64,000 nucleotides of DNA from an uncultured Nitrosopumilales archaeon (GCA_964373125.1 CAYJSN010000007.1:6530-70529); one strand, 5' to 3'; positions 37,049 through 46,732 are shown, numbered from the stretch's first letter. Program-made: numbers and translations. The notes: generated by a model from the sequence alone, not told the origin.

Positions 37049-39631
37049 TCAGGATTCTGTGAAGAAAAAGTCCTCCAACTTTGACGCGCCCAGTATGACG
37101 TCGAACTCGTAGCCGAGCGCAGATAGAATCTGGTCGAACGTGCTCTCCATGTACTCCAGATACTTTTCCGTGTCGATTTCATCGGATCTTGCCAGCTGGA
37201 CAGGCTTCACACCCGGTGGCGCCGTGGTCTTCACGAACGAGATGATATCACCGGCCCTGATCTCGCCCTTTCCGGCCTTTTCCAGCAGCTGCGCGGCCCG
37301 TATGTGCTGCGGGATCGTCTTCCTGTAGTCCTTCGGCGACTTGCCGACCATCACGTTGAATGCGAGCGCGGGCAGCGGGATCTCCCTTGCCTTGATCTTT
37401 GTTGCGTTCTCCTTCACTATCTTCTTGATCTTCTCCCTCGCGTCCTCGAAGTCGGCCTCGGTCTTTACGTTGCTCAGTATATCGACGACGGCGTAGAAGG
37501 CATCCCTGATGAACTGCGGCGTGTGGCTCTTCTTGCCGGTGAGGCCCTTGATGTCGACGCTCCCGTCCAGCAGGACGCCGAGGTAGTTCTTCTTCCGCTC
37601 GCTGAAGGCAGCGTACCGGTACATCTTATCCAGATCGAGGTCGACGCCCAGCTCCTGCCTGGCCCACGCGGACACGGCCTCGATCTGCTCGGCCGAGGGC
37701 CCCTTCAGGAAGAGTGAGTCGGTGTCGCCGTAGATGACTCTTATGCCCAGATCCTTGCACTTGTCGATCGTCCTTGTTATGGTGTACCTGCCTATCGATG
37801 CCGTTGCCTCCGCCACCGGCAGGAAGTAGAGCGGGAATATCTCGGCACCCATGACGCCGTAGGAGGCGTTCAGGATGACCTTGAGCGCTTGGCTGATGAT
37901 CGTGTAGAGCTCTTTCTCCTCCTTGGAGAGCGACTTTTCCTTTGCCAGGTGCTTGTAGTAGTTGACCCTCAGGTCCCTCAGCGAGCCGATGAGCAGTGAC
38001 TCCATCCCATGCCTCTTCTTGCAGACCCAGTGCTCGGTCTCCGGTATTAGGTTCGACCTGCACTCGTCGTGGACGCACCTGACAGTCTCGTAGGAGAGGT
38101 TGTGCACCTTTATTATGCTGGGGTACAGGCTCGCAAAGTCCAGCACCGCCACGTTGAAGTGGACGCCGGCCTCGGGCTCAACAACAAATCCGCCGCGATA
38201 CTTCTTGTCCTTTATCACAGCTGTAGTCGAGGCCTGGCCCTTCGCCTGGAGCTCCTCCCTCTTTGGCATGAGGACGTTCTGGCGCCGGTGCTCGAAGTAG
38301 AGCATGCTCCTTATCCACTGCGAGACGCCGAACCTAGAGATGTCGTCGATCGGCATTCTTCCGACCCTGCATACCACTACAAGAAGCTTCATCAGGAGAT
38401 CGTTGCTGAAGCTTGTCAGGTTGAAAGTTAGGCGCGAGTCGTTGTGGCAGTACCTTGCAAGCTCGTAGAGTGGCAGGTCGCCGAGGCCACCGTCGAACTC
38501 GATCTTCGACTCGCCCAGCAGCGCTTCGCTCACAGCGTTCAGTGTATATTCAGAGTATTTGTGTCCGAAGGCATAGATCTGCACCGACCTGTTGGAGAAC
38601 GTTCTGTAGAGGTCGATGTGCACGCCGTGCCTCAACGAACCGGCATCGCGCTGCATAGTTATCGGGATCTCGTCCTTCGATATGCCGAGGTTCTTGGCCC
38701 TGTTGTAGAGGTAGGGCATATCAAAGTCATCGCCGTTGAATGTGATTATGAACGGGTAGTCAAGCATCCGCTCAAACGCCGCAAGCAGCATCTCCTTCTC
38801 CCCGTCGAAGAACCTTACCGAGATGTGGTCGGCCATCTCGTTCTTTCCTTGGTCCCTGCGGTGGTCGAGCACGAGCGCCTCGTTCAGGCCGTCGCTGCCC
38901 ACAAAGGAGATCGCGATCACCTCGTTCTCTGCCACCTTTGCATCAGGCAGCCTGTCCTCCACCGAGAGCACCTCGATATCCATGGCGGCCCGCTTTATGC
39001 TGGGTATGGGCTGGTTGAGCAGCTTGGCCCACTCTGTTATGTACTTCCGGGACTCGTCCTCGCCGTCGCCGCTGATGCTTTCGGCTATCTTGTCCCAGAC
39101 GAGGCTCTTCAGGGCCAACTCGACCTGCTCTGCAACCTGGTAGCTGTGCTTCTCGAGCCTGCCGTTCTTTATCGAGTAGTAGGTGCCGGCGATGAGCTGG
39201 TTATCGTAGAGATAATTTTCATGATACTTGACGTCGGCCTCCCACACATCGTCCAGCAGGTTCCTGATGCTCTTCTCGGTCGCCGTGCCGCCTATCGCCA
39301 GTGGATCCGCAGCCACGATCTTGGTGAGCGTGACCTGCCGGTCGTTGAGCAGGTCGTACTTCTCCACACGGTCCAGTCCGACCACGTCGCTCCTCCCTTC
39401 CAGTATCTTGAGTTCTTCTGGTAGCCGTTTTGTGAAGCAGTAGGGCTTGTGGCCCGTGTTGTCGTGCCAGAGGTAGACCCTCTGGCTTCCCGGGTGGTAG
39501 AACTTCAGGACTGCGACCCGCTTCTCGCCGTCGTAGGTGGCAGAGACGAGCAGGGAGGGCTCTAGGTTGGGCGTATCCCTGCAGAGCTCGCCCAGTCGCT
39601 GTGCCAGATCGGACTTGATCATCCTCTGCAA
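37049..39631 (-). CDS. polB: DNA polymerase, family B
   Basis: 860 aa. Exo motifs (DIEV, FNGDDFDMPYL). Pol motifs DFASLYPSII, KVILNASYG and YGDTDS. TTG at 39631 or ATG at 39622. Confidence 0.95.
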   Translation of the reverse strand: MQRMIKSDLAQRLGELCRDTPNLEPSLLVSATYDGEKRVAVLKFYHPGSQRVYLWHDNTGHKPYCFTKRLPEELKILEGRSDVVGLDRVEKYDLLNDRQVTLTKIVAADPLAIGGTATEKSIRNLLDDVWEADVKYHENYLYDNQLIAGTYYSIKNGRLEKHSYQVAEQVELALKSLVWDKIAESISGDGEDESRKYITEWAKLLNQPIPSIKRAAMDIEVLSVEDRLPDAKVAENEVIAISFVGSDGLNEALVLDHRRDQGKNEMADHISVRFFDGEKEMLLAAFERMLDYPFIITFNGDDFDMPYLYNRAKNLGISKDEIPITMQRDAGSLRHGVHIDLYRTFSNRSVQIYAFGHKYSEYTLNAVSEALLGESKIEFDGGLGDLPLYELARYCHNDSRLTFNLTSFSNDLLMKLLVVVCRVGRMPIDDISRFGVSQWIRSMLYFEHRRQNVLMPKREELQAKGQASTTAVIKDKKYRGGFVVEPEAGVHFNVAVLDFASLYPSIIKVHNLSYETVRCVHDECRSNLIPETEHWVCKKRHGMESLLIGSLRDLRVNYYKHLAKEKSLSKEEKELYTIISQALKVILNASYGVMGAEIFPLYFLPVAEATASIGRYTITRTIDKCKDLGIRVIYGDTDSLFLKGPSAEQIEAVSAWARQELGVDLDLDKMYRYAAFSERKKNYLGVLLDGSVDIKGLTGKKSHTPQFIRDAFYAVVDILSNVKTEADFEDAREKIKKIVKENATKIKAREIPLPALAFNVMVGKSPKDYRKTIPQHIRAAQLLEKAGKGEIRAGDIISFVKTTAPPGVKPVQLARSDEIDTEKYLEYMESTFDQILSALGYEFDVILGASKLEDFFFTES

Positions 39632-39742
39632 CTTGCCACTCCCGCGTTCATTGCCCCGACACGCTATAATGCCTACCCGCCCTAAGCATAAATAACTTGT
39701 GATACCTTATTTACATCGCTGCAGTTAACGGTATGTGAGCGA

Positions 39743-41242
39743 TTGAGCGGCACACAAAACTGGATCGAGCACCGGCTGATAAAACCTGAAAGCGTCGAAA
39801 GGCGTGACTATCAAGCCGAACTGGCAAGGACGGCGCTGAAAAGGAATACGTTAATAGTGCTGCCCACCGGGCTCGGGAAGACCACGATTGCGCTGCTCGT
39901 GATCGCTGAAACACTCGCGACCAAGAAGAAGAAATGCTTATTCCTTGCGCCAACGCGTGTCCTTGTTAACCAGCATTATGAATACCTCCGGCAACACCTA
40001 CAGATCCTTGACGTCTCGATGCTCACAGGCGAGAATGACGCATACGAAAGAGAGAAGGCCTGGGACAACAGCGTCATCTGCGCGACGCCGCAGATCACGC
40101 TTCACGATATGGAGCGGCAGATGATAAGGCCGGAGGACTTTTCACTCGTCATATTCGACGAGGCTCACAGAACCGTGGGCAACTATGCATACGCGGGCAT
40201 AGCCTCGCTGCTGAAGGGTCAAGATGTGCGGCTTGTAGGAATGACAGCAACCATGCCGAGCGGCCAGGAAAGGGCCAACGAGATAGTGCGGAACTTGGAG
40301 ATAAAGCAGATCGAGGTGAGGGACGAGTCCAGCCCCGATGTGAAGTCCTACGTACAGGAGACCAACATCGAGTGGGTGCGCGTCGAGATGCCGCCCCTCC
40401 TTATACAGATAAGAACCCACCTCAGGAGGGCACTGGAGAAGCGGACCACGGAGCTCAGGGAGAAGGGCATAGTGCGCAGCAATAAAGTGTCCGCAAGCGA
40501 GCTGATCAGGGCAAGAGAGTACCTCTACAAGAACAGGAGCGCAGCGAAGGCGCTCTACACGGCGATAAGGCTGAGCCACGCGCTGAACATCTTCGACACG
40601 CAGGGCATAACCTCCTTCCTGAGGTTCTGCAAGAGGCTCGAGGAGAAGCGCGCCTGGGGCACGAAGGAGCTCTTCTTTGACCCGGACTTTAGGAGCGCGC
40701 TAGACCTTGCCCGGAAGGCCGAGCACGATGGGATAGAGCACCCGAAGCTGGAGAAGCTTGCCAGCGTGCTCTCCAACGTGGACGGCAAAATCCTAGTCTT
40801 CACAAGCTACAGAGACTCGGTGGAAGTACTGCACAAGAAGCTGAACGAGATGGGGTTCAGCGCGGGCTACCTGATCGGCAAGGCAGGCGAGCGCGGGCTC
40901 AAGCAGAAGGAGCAGGTGAACGCGCTGGAGAGGTTCAGAGATGGCGAGTTCGACATACTGGTTGCCACGCAGGTCGGCGAGGAGGGACTGGACATATCGG
41001 AGTGCAACTTGGTTGTATTCTACGACAATGTCCCGAGCGCGATAAGGTTCGTGCAGAGGAAGGGCAGGACTGGGAGGAAGGCGCCGGGTAGGGTTGTGGT
41101 GCTGATAACAAAGGACACGCTCGACGAGGTTTACTTCTGGGTAGGCAAGAGGAAGATGCAGGACGTGAAGAGCATGGTTGGAAGGATGAACCGGATGATG
41201 ACGCAGAATGAAGGATCGGGCAACCTTGACGTATACTTTTGA
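39743..41242 (+). CDS. Hef/Mph1/FANCM-like SF2 helicase (no nuclease domain)
   Basis: 499 aa. PTGLGKT (Walker A), VIFDEAHR (DEAH box), MTAT, and helicase C blocks ILVATQVGEEGLDI and QRKGRTGR. Confidence 0.78.
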   Translation: MSGTQNWIEHRLIKPESVERRDYQAELARTALKRNTLIVLPTGLGKTTIALLVIAETLATKKKKCLFLAPTRVLVNQHYEYLRQHLQILDVSMLTGENDAYEREKAWDNSVICATPQITLHDMERQMIRPEDFSLVIFDEAHRTVGNYAYAGIASLLKGQDVRLVGMTATMPSGQERANEIVRNLEIKQIEVRDESSPDVKSYVQETNIEWVRVEMPPLLIQIRTHLRRALEKRTTELREKGIVRSNKVSASELIRAREYLYKNRSAAKALYTAIRLSHALNIFDTQGITSFLRFCKRLEEKRAWGTKELFFDPDFRSALDLARKAEHDGIEHPKLEKLASVLSNVDGKILVFTSYRDSVEVLHKKLNEMGFSAGYLIGKAGERGLKQKEQVNALERFRDGEFDILVATQVGEEGLDISECNLVVFYDNVPSAIRFVQRKGRTGRKAPGRVVVLITKDTLDEVYFWVGKRKMQDVKSMVGRMNRMMTQNEGSGNLDVYF

Positions 41243-41269
41243 CCGGGCAGCGATTAGTGTGACACGGTA

Positions 41270-41845
41270 ATGTCCATGCTGCCACCCGTAACCTTGGCAC
41301 TGCTTGCAATCAATGTCCTGATCTTTGTGACTGGATATCTGACCTCCGACGGGCCGTGCGGCTATGCCCTCGTACCTGTCTATGTTACAGATCCTCCCAT
41401 GTTCGCGCTCTCCTCACTTGCATCGATGTTCCTCCACGCAAATGAGGCGCACATAGCCTTCAACATGCTGGCACTCTTCACGCTCGGCAGGATCCTTGAG
41501 CCGTACATAGGCTCCAGAAGGTTCATCGTGATCTACATGCTCTCCGGTTTTGCGGGAACCGGGCTGCACACTGCGTACGCGTTCATCTCCGGGGACGGCA
41601 TATATACTCCAGTCGTGGGCGCATCGGGCGCAATATCCGGGATAATAGGCATAGCGGCGGCACTGGGGGACAGGCTGGCGCTCTACTGGCTGATAGCCCA
41701 GATTCCATTTGCGTTCTTTGGCTTCGCATCCATAGCCTACTTTGCGCACATAGGCGGCTTCGTGTTCGGGTTTGCTGCAGGTAGGATAATGCGGTATCTT
41801 GGGAGGAGAAGGGGCGCCGCAGGGATTCATGATACTTGCATGTAG
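41270..41845 (+). CDS. Rhomboid-family intramembrane serine protease
   Basis: 191 aa, polytopic. HANEAHIAFNM (HxxxN), catalytic GASGAISG (GxSG) and a downstream AHIGGF His. Confidence 0.85.
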   Translation: MSMLPPVTLALLAINVLIFVTGYLTSDGPCGYALVPVYVTDPPMFALSSLASMFLHANEAHIAFNMLALFTLGRILEPYIGSRRFIVIYMLSGFAGTGLHTAYAFISGDGIYTPVVGASGAISGIIGIAAALGDRLALYWLIAQIPFAFFGFASIAYFAHIGGFVFGFAAGRIMRYLGRRRGAAGIHDTCM

Positions 41846-41854
41846 TTGAGAAAA

Positions 41855-42070
41855 GTTAGGCCACCCAGAGTTCGAAGACGATGTGGCTTTCTGCCTACAA
41901 CGCTGTCGCGGTTCTTAGCCTCACGCGTTGTATCAGTTGGCCCGCACCAGTGACCCGCGAGACCCTACTGGGTTGCCCCAGTGGTTCCGCAGCGAGGCAC
42001 CGGCGGTCGCCGGTCCGCGCAGCATACCAAGGCTTCCCCCGATACGCAAGCCTGCCGGCTAACCATCTTC
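41855..42070 (-). ncRNA. Candidate structured non-coding RNA of unknown class (strand tentative)
   Basis: GC-rich 330-nt gap between convergent genes with no credible ORF. Perfect hairpins at 41858-41889, 41896-41932, 41965-41984 and 41999-42014. TATA-like GATATAATAGG / TTTAAAT lie upstream on the minus strand (42090-42118) and TTTT at its 3' end. I could not match it to SRP or RNase P signatures. Confidence 0.3.
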
Positions 42071-42178
42071 TTTTTCGCCTGGATGGCAACCTATTATATC
42101 GTCAACATCGGATTTAAACTTTTCATGGCCCGAACTATTGCGTATAGGGCTGGATGAGTTTTAGCCAGAAATTATTCT

Positions 42179-42856
42179 CTATATTTCAAGACCGGTCCGC
42201 GCGCTGAGTTCCTTTATAAATTCCAGATAAGACTCGGGGTCAAACTCGTCCACGTAGGCCTCATCGACGTTTATTATGTACACCGAGTGCAGCCTCGCGT
42301 TCTGAATCTCGGCGGGGCTGATTGGCGGGCTCCTGTAGTACCTGTCGCAGAGCTCCTTTACCTTCAGTATCTCATCGGCATTACGCTTCCTTGGCGGCTT
42401 CATGAATATCCTGGGTATGGGCAGGAGGCTTGCTGGCGGCGCCGCCAGCGCAAACTTGTTCGCGTACTGGCTGTATCTGGCAAGCTTGCTGGCAATCCTA
42501 GCCACATAGTATGCGGAGGGATCCAGTGCATGTTCGGGAGGCGTGAACCCGGTCTCTATCTCGACTATGAAGCTGCCGTCGCCCTTCATGGCATAAACGT
42601 CGCACACGAGCGTGTCGGAGAGCTGCCTCTCGACGTCGACGTCGTAGCCGTGCTTTATGAGGTGCTTTGCGCAGACCATCTCCATCACGGAGTGGTTTAT
42701 CTTCACCAGGTTACGCTTGTAGAGGTCGATGAGCCTCTGCTTCACAAAGTTCATCCGCTTGAGGACGATCTGGTCTTCGTTCACACACGCCCTCGTCGCG
42801 ACGTTGCCCACATCGCGTGTGAACTTCTCTAAATCCAACCTAGCTGAACCAGCCAT
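42179..42856 (-). CDS. Hypothetical protein, possible PD-(D/E)xK-fold nuclease
   Basis: 225 aa. EMVCAKHLIKHGYDVDVE...LVCDVYAMKGDGSFIVEIETG resembles an E...D...ExE/K restriction-endonuclease-like core. Weak evidence. Confidence 0.4.
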   Translation of the reverse strand: MAGSARLDLEKFTRDVGNVATRACVNEDQIVLKRMNFVKQRLIDLYKRNLVKINHSVMEMVCAKHLIKHGYDVDVERQLSDTLVCDVYAMKGDGSFIVEIETGFTPPEHALDPSAYYVARIASKLARYSQYANKFALAAPPASLLPIPRIFMKPPRKRNADEILKVKELCDRYYRSPPISPAEIQNARLHSVYIINVDEAYVDEFDPESYLEFIKELSARTGLEI

Positions 42857-42996
42857 TTTTCATAATTTAAATTTTAGCGAATTAGCCGCCTCGGGGTGCT
42901 CACAACGCACCGCCTGCATGGTGATCCCGTCCGCAAATCGAATGACCGCGCCACAGACAATCTTAAAAACTCGTGTGCCATATGCCTCTTCTGCAC

Positions 42997-44145
42997 ATGA
43001 AGATCGAGAAGATCGCGATCCTTGGCTCCGGGGTGATGGGCCATGGCATCGCACAGGTAGCCGCGATGTCCGGTTACAGGATATCGCTGCGGGACATCGA
43101 CCAGTCATTCCTAGACAAGGCGATGGAGAAGGTACGGTGGAGCCTGAACAAGCTTGTGGAGAAGGGAAAGATGCGAAAGGAAGAGGCGGACGCGGCGCTT
43201 GCCAGGATAACCACCTTCGTCGACCTCAAGGCAGCCCTCGACGGCTGCGACATCGTTATCGAAGCCGTGCCCGAGGACATGAACCTGAAGAAGAAGGTCT
43301 TTGTGGAGGTGGACAAGCTGGCGCCGGCCAACGCTGCGTTTGCCTCCAACACCAGCACGCTCCCCATCACGGAGATCGCCGACAGCACCAGCAGGCCGGC
43401 CAGGTTCATCGGGATCCACTTCTTCAATCCTCCCCAGCTGATGCCCCTGGTGGAGGTGATACCCGGGTCGAGAACCGAGCGTGATCTGGTTGACTCGACG
43501 ATGGAGCTCATCAAGAAGCTCGGAAAGCAGCCGGTGCTCTGCAGGAAGGACGTGGCGGGCTTCATAGTGAACCGTATATTCATACCGCTGGTGCATGAGG
43601 CTGCCTGGTCACTCCAGAGGGACTCGGCAGGGATGAAGGAGATCGATGCCGCGGTGAAGTTCAGGCTCGGCTTCCCGATGGGAATATTCGAGCTGGCCGA
43701 CTATACCGGCATAGACGTGGTGCACAAGGCGACGGTCGAGATGTACTCGAGGGACAAGAAGGTGATCAACCCCTGCCCGATGATCGAGGAGCTCTACAAC
43801 AACAAGCACTTCGGCCAAAAGTCCGGGAGGGGGTTCTACGAGTACAAGAGCGGAACGTACGAGAGGATAAACCTGACAGAGGAGGATGCCAGGCGCTATA
43901 ACCCCCTCAGATTGCTGGCCGTGGCCGTCAACAACGCATCATGGTTGATCACGAACGGCGCCAGCACCAGGGAGGAGCTGGAGAAGGCGCTGAAGCTGGG
44001 CATGGGGCTGAAGGAGGAGCTGTTTGTACTGGCGGAGCGGTTCGGCCTCGCTGCAATTGTTGAGGAGCTCAGGAAGGCCGCCAAGACCTACGGAAGCTTC
44101 TACGAGCCCGACGCGACGCTGGTAAAGATGGCCGAGGGCAAGTAG
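42997..44145 (+). CDS. 3-hydroxyacyl-CoA (3-hydroxybutyryl-CoA) dehydrogenase
   Basis: ATG 42997 gives MKIEKIAILGSGVMGHGIAQ (Rossmann GxGxxG). HFFNPP and IVNRI blocks. CTTAAAAA about 30 nt upstream. The track ORF starts 24 nt earlier. Confidence 0.88.
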   Translation: MKIEKIAILGSGVMGHGIAQVAAMSGYRISLRDIDQSFLDKAMEKVRWSLNKLVEKGKMRKEEADAALARITTFVDLKAALDGCDIVIEAVPEDMNLKKKVFVEVDKLAPANAAFASNTSTLPITEIADSTSRPARFIGIHFFNPPQLMPLVEVIPGSRTERDLVDSTMELIKKLGKQPVLCRKDVAGFIVNRIFIPLVHEAAWSLQRDSAGMKEIDAAVKFRLGFPMGIFELADYTGIDVVHKATVEMYSRDKKVINPCPMIEELYNNKHFGQKSGRGFYEYKSGTYERINLTEEDARRYNPLRLLAVAVNNASWLITNGASTREELEKALKLGMGLKEELFVLAERFGLAAIVEELRKAAKTYGSFYEPDATLVKMAEGK

Positions 44146-44160
44146 CAGAACAGGAACCGT

Positions 44161-44670
44161 TCAGCGTCCCAGCCTTCGCATGATGTAGTTGACGGCTTCA
44201 TTCGCGTTCCTGGCAGATGCTATTTTTACATGCTTCCTGTCGTCAAGGTACCTGCCAGCATATTCGTCAGCTATACCGCCGCTCCCGACAAGAGCCACGA
44301 TCGGCTTCTTCTTCATGTAGGCAACGCCGGCCTCGATCAGCGTACCAACGCCACCACCAACTATTATGACGCCGTCGGATGTGTAGGCCGTGATATAGTT
44401 CCTGGCATAGCCCATCCCCGTGCACACCACTATGCTGCAGTATTTGTTTGCCTCCGAGGCCTTGTCAAAAGGAATTATCCCCAGCGATATACCGCCCGCA
44501 TCCCTGGCGCCCTTGCAGGCTGCCTCCATGACGCCGCCCAGACCTCCCGTAACAAGTATGGCCCCGCTCTCGGCAATCGCCCTGCCCACACTGTAGCCCA
44601 CGCTGTATGCTTTCCTGGTGCAGGCATCCGAGTTGTAGCCAATAACTAACAGCTTGTGTTTCCTGTCCAT
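44161..44670 (-). CDS. LOG / TIGR00725-like Rossmann-fold protein
   Basis: 169 aa. LVTGGLGGVMEAACKGA and GGGVGTLIE blocks, typical of the LOG/DprA-like lysine-decarboxylase-like family. Confidence 0.7.
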   Translation of the reverse strand: MDRKHKLLVIGYNSDACTRKAYSVGYSVGRAIAESGAILVTGGLGGVMEAACKGARDAGGISLGIIPFDKASEANKYCSIVVCTGMGYARNYITAYTSDGVIIVGGGVGTLIEAGVAYMKKKPIVALVGSGGIADEYAGRYLDDRKHVKIASARNANEAVNYIMRRLGR

Positions 44671-44719
44671 GCTAGGTCTGATAAATATGAAGCCTTAAAG
44701 TGTTACGAGTAAATCACTT

Positions 44720-45082
44720 CTATGCGTTGGTCTTCTTCCTTGGATTATCGGAGTTAGGCTTGCTCTCCTCTGCCGGGGGAGCCGGGCTCGCACCGGAGGC
44801 AGAGCCGGTCTTAACTATGTCAATCTCGATGGTGGAGACGTTCCTGGTCCTCCCGTCCTGAGACTGCAGGGACTCGCTTCCCAGCCTGACGCCTCCTACC
44901 TTATAGCCGATGGTGCCCATCCTCTTTTCGACTATCTGGGCTATATCGACGGCCCTGCCGATGCTCATGCCCCTGGCCTTGATCGTGACCAAGTCCTCGT
45001 TCGCGAGCTGCACGAGCGTTGCGGTTACATATGTCATCAGTGGTTTCTTCCCTACGTATATGACATTGCTAGCCTTGGCCAT
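44720..45082 (-). CDS. albA: Chromatin protein Alba with low-complexity C-terminal tail
   Basis: 120 aa. NVIYVGKKPLMTYVTATLVQL...VTIKARGMSIGRAVDIAQIV is the Alba core. An extra ~25-aa S/P/K-rich tail follows. Confidence 0.9.
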   Translation of the reverse strand: MAKASNVIYVGKKPLMTYVTATLVQLANEDLVTIKARGMSIGRAVDIAQIVEKRMGTIGYKVGGVRLGSESLQSQDGRTRNVSTIEIDIVKTGSASGASPAPPAEESKPNSDNPRKKTNA

Positions 45083-45159
45083 GTACAGTGCTTGCTGTCG
45101 CTGTTCTATATAATTATTATGAGCGATTTGTTCATCGATCTACCGACATGCGGGGCGAT

Positions 45160-45165
45160 AAAAAA
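45160..45165 (-). terminator. Oligo-T tract downstream of gap
   Basis: A6 on the plus strand equals T6 on the minus strand, about 30 nt after the gap stop codon (45194). Confidence 0.35.
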
Positions 45166-45193
45166 TTCGGTGACCTGCAACAGAGTTACTGCT

Positions 45194-46237
45194 TTAACCG
45201 AACTCTTTCTTCAGGAGCTTCTTCTTTTCGCTGATCCTGAAGAGCCTGTCAGTTCGCTCGAGCGCCTCGCCCTTCCCCCGTCTCAGCATCATTGCCTGCA
45301 TGAGAAGATGGTTCTCGGGAACCACGATCCCCGTCTGGTCGTCCGAGTAAGATATCTTCAGAGTGTCGTCCTGAACCTTCACCACCTCGGAGTGAATGTG
45401 GGCCAGCGACGTATCGCCGAACGGAAATCCTAGCTCTAGGGCCTTCTTCCTGACATCGGCTGTGCCCTTGGCCCTGCCTAGAACCACGACGCCGAACTCT
45501 TTTTCGAAGAGCTCGAGTATCTTTTCCTTGCTCGGGGCGCCATTGCTGAACCTGACGGTGAGCTGGTGCAAATGCATCATCCTCGACGGCACCTTGTACA
45601 CATCAACATACAGCGGATATCCCTTGATGAAGTCGCCAACGTCGTCCTGGTGGTGCGGGTTCCTGTCCCACTCGATCGAGTCCTTCACCTCCTTCTTGTC
45701 CTCCAAGTCGGCCCACCTCCTGATCAGGGCGACGTCGAACCGCCTGATCTCGCTGCCGTACTGCTCGATGAGCGGCTGCATTATCCTGCCGAGGCCGGTT
45801 ACATTGCAGCTGCCCTGCATAACGTACTTCTTCCCGAAGGCCTGCTCGTAGTTCACTCTGGAGTTATGGATCATGTCCGTAACGCTCCGCTCCCCGAACC
45901 TCTCCTCGCCGCCCTGAAATATCGCTGGCTTTGACATAGGCAGGTAATACTTCACCTTGTTATCGTAGCCCATGCCGTCCTTCGCGGCATCGATGATAAG
46001 ATCGCTGGCCGCCAGGGCCTCCTTTATTGTCCCTGCGACCTTGTAGTTCTTCTCCCTGAAGGCGGGAAGGTTCTCCTCGGGGGCATAAACGTCGATCTTC
46101 TGCTCGTAGGCCTCCCTGATCCTCTCGTCGGGGGTGTACTTTGCCACGCCCACGAACTGGAACTCCTTGTCGTTCGCCAGTGCAGAGGCGATCCTGCGTC
46201 CGATAGTGCCAAAACCGTTAACAAATACCCTGACCAA
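45194..46237 (-). CDS. gap: Glyceraldehyde-3-phosphate dehydrogenase, archaeal type
   Basis: 347 aa, TTG start. VFVNGFGTIGRR Rossmann motif and catalytic SCNVTGL. Confidence 0.88.
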   Translation of the reverse strand: MVRVFVNGFGTIGRRIASALANDKEFQFVGVAKYTPDERIREAYEQKIDVYAPEENLPAFREKNYKVAGTIKEALAASDLIIDAAKDGMGYDNKVKYYLPMSKPAIFQGGEERFGERSVTDMIHNSRVNYEQAFGKKYVMQGSCNVTGLGRIMQPLIEQYGSEIRRFDVALIRRWADLEDKKEVKDSIEWDRNPHHQDDVGDFIKGYPLYVDVYKVPSRMMHLHQLTVRFSNGAPSKEKILELFEKEFGVVVLGRAKGTADVRKKALELGFPFGDTSLAHIHSEVVKVQDDTLKISYSDDQTGIVVPENHLLMQAMMLRRGKGEALERTDRLFRISEKKKLLKKEFG

Positions 46238-46276
46238 AGGCCGACAAGCGTAACCCCGCAGGTATGTGATATAAAA

Positions 46277-46732
46277 TTATCTTTGGCGCCATGTGCCCAG
46301 AAACTTGGGGCGCAGCTCGATAACCACCATGTCCTTGGCCGATTCCATCATCTTCTCTGCCAGATCTCCCGCGAGCGAGCCGGTGTAACGCAGCAGCTGT
46401 TTCCTGGCTAGCTCAAGAACGTATGCCGGGTCGTCAATTATCCTTGCATCGGCCTTGCCCCTGACACCGCAGGAGCCGGTCTCCTCCGTGACCTTGTCGA
46501 CAACGAAGTAAACCCTGCCGTTCTTCTTCGCAACGCCTGCCTTCTTGCTGCTCCGCTCCGATACGATCAGGAACTTTTCGTCCTCGTAGACGAACCAGAC
46601 AGGATGCACCATCGGATATCCATCAGCGTCGACCATGCCGATTCGCAGCAGGAGGGGCTCGCGAAGGAACTCCAGCGTTTCCTTCTCGGTCATGGCCCTG
46701 TGCCAGGGATCGGCCCGAGTTATCCTGATCAA
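46277..46732 (-). CDS. Pyridoxamine 5'-phosphate oxidase-family FMN-binding protein
   Basis: 151 aa from TTG 46732; an ATG at 46693 (MTEKETLEFL) is an equally plausible start. LLRIGMVDADGYPMVHPVWFVYEDEKFLIVS... is the typical split-barrel pattern. Confidence 0.6.
   Translation of the reverse strand: MIRITRADPWHRAMTEKETLEFLREPLLLRIGMVDADGYPMVHPVWFVYEDEKFLIVSERSSKKAGVAKKNGRVYFVVDKVTEETGSCGVRGKADARIIDDPAYVLELARKQLLRYTGSLAGDLAEKMMESAKDMVVIELRPKFLGTWRQR

Noticed and set aside
41855-42070. Identification of the structured region as SRP (7S) RNA, RNase P RNA or 5S rRNA.
   Set aside because: The AGG...AGCA elements are present, but their spacing around the terminal loop (7 nt and 12 nt, loop GGUC/GACC) does not fit the conserved helix-8 GNAR geometry. 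There is no long helix 5, no GAGGAAAGUCC-type RNase P box, and the order of 5S-like fragments is wrong. It is kept only as an unclassified RNA candidate.
41881-42117. Track ORFs 41881..42117(+) and 41895..42089(-) as protein genes.
   Set aside because: The translations are rich in Arg/Pro/Cys/Ala with no hydrophobic periodicity. Both strands are open, which is typical of GC-rich structured RNA or non-coding DNA.
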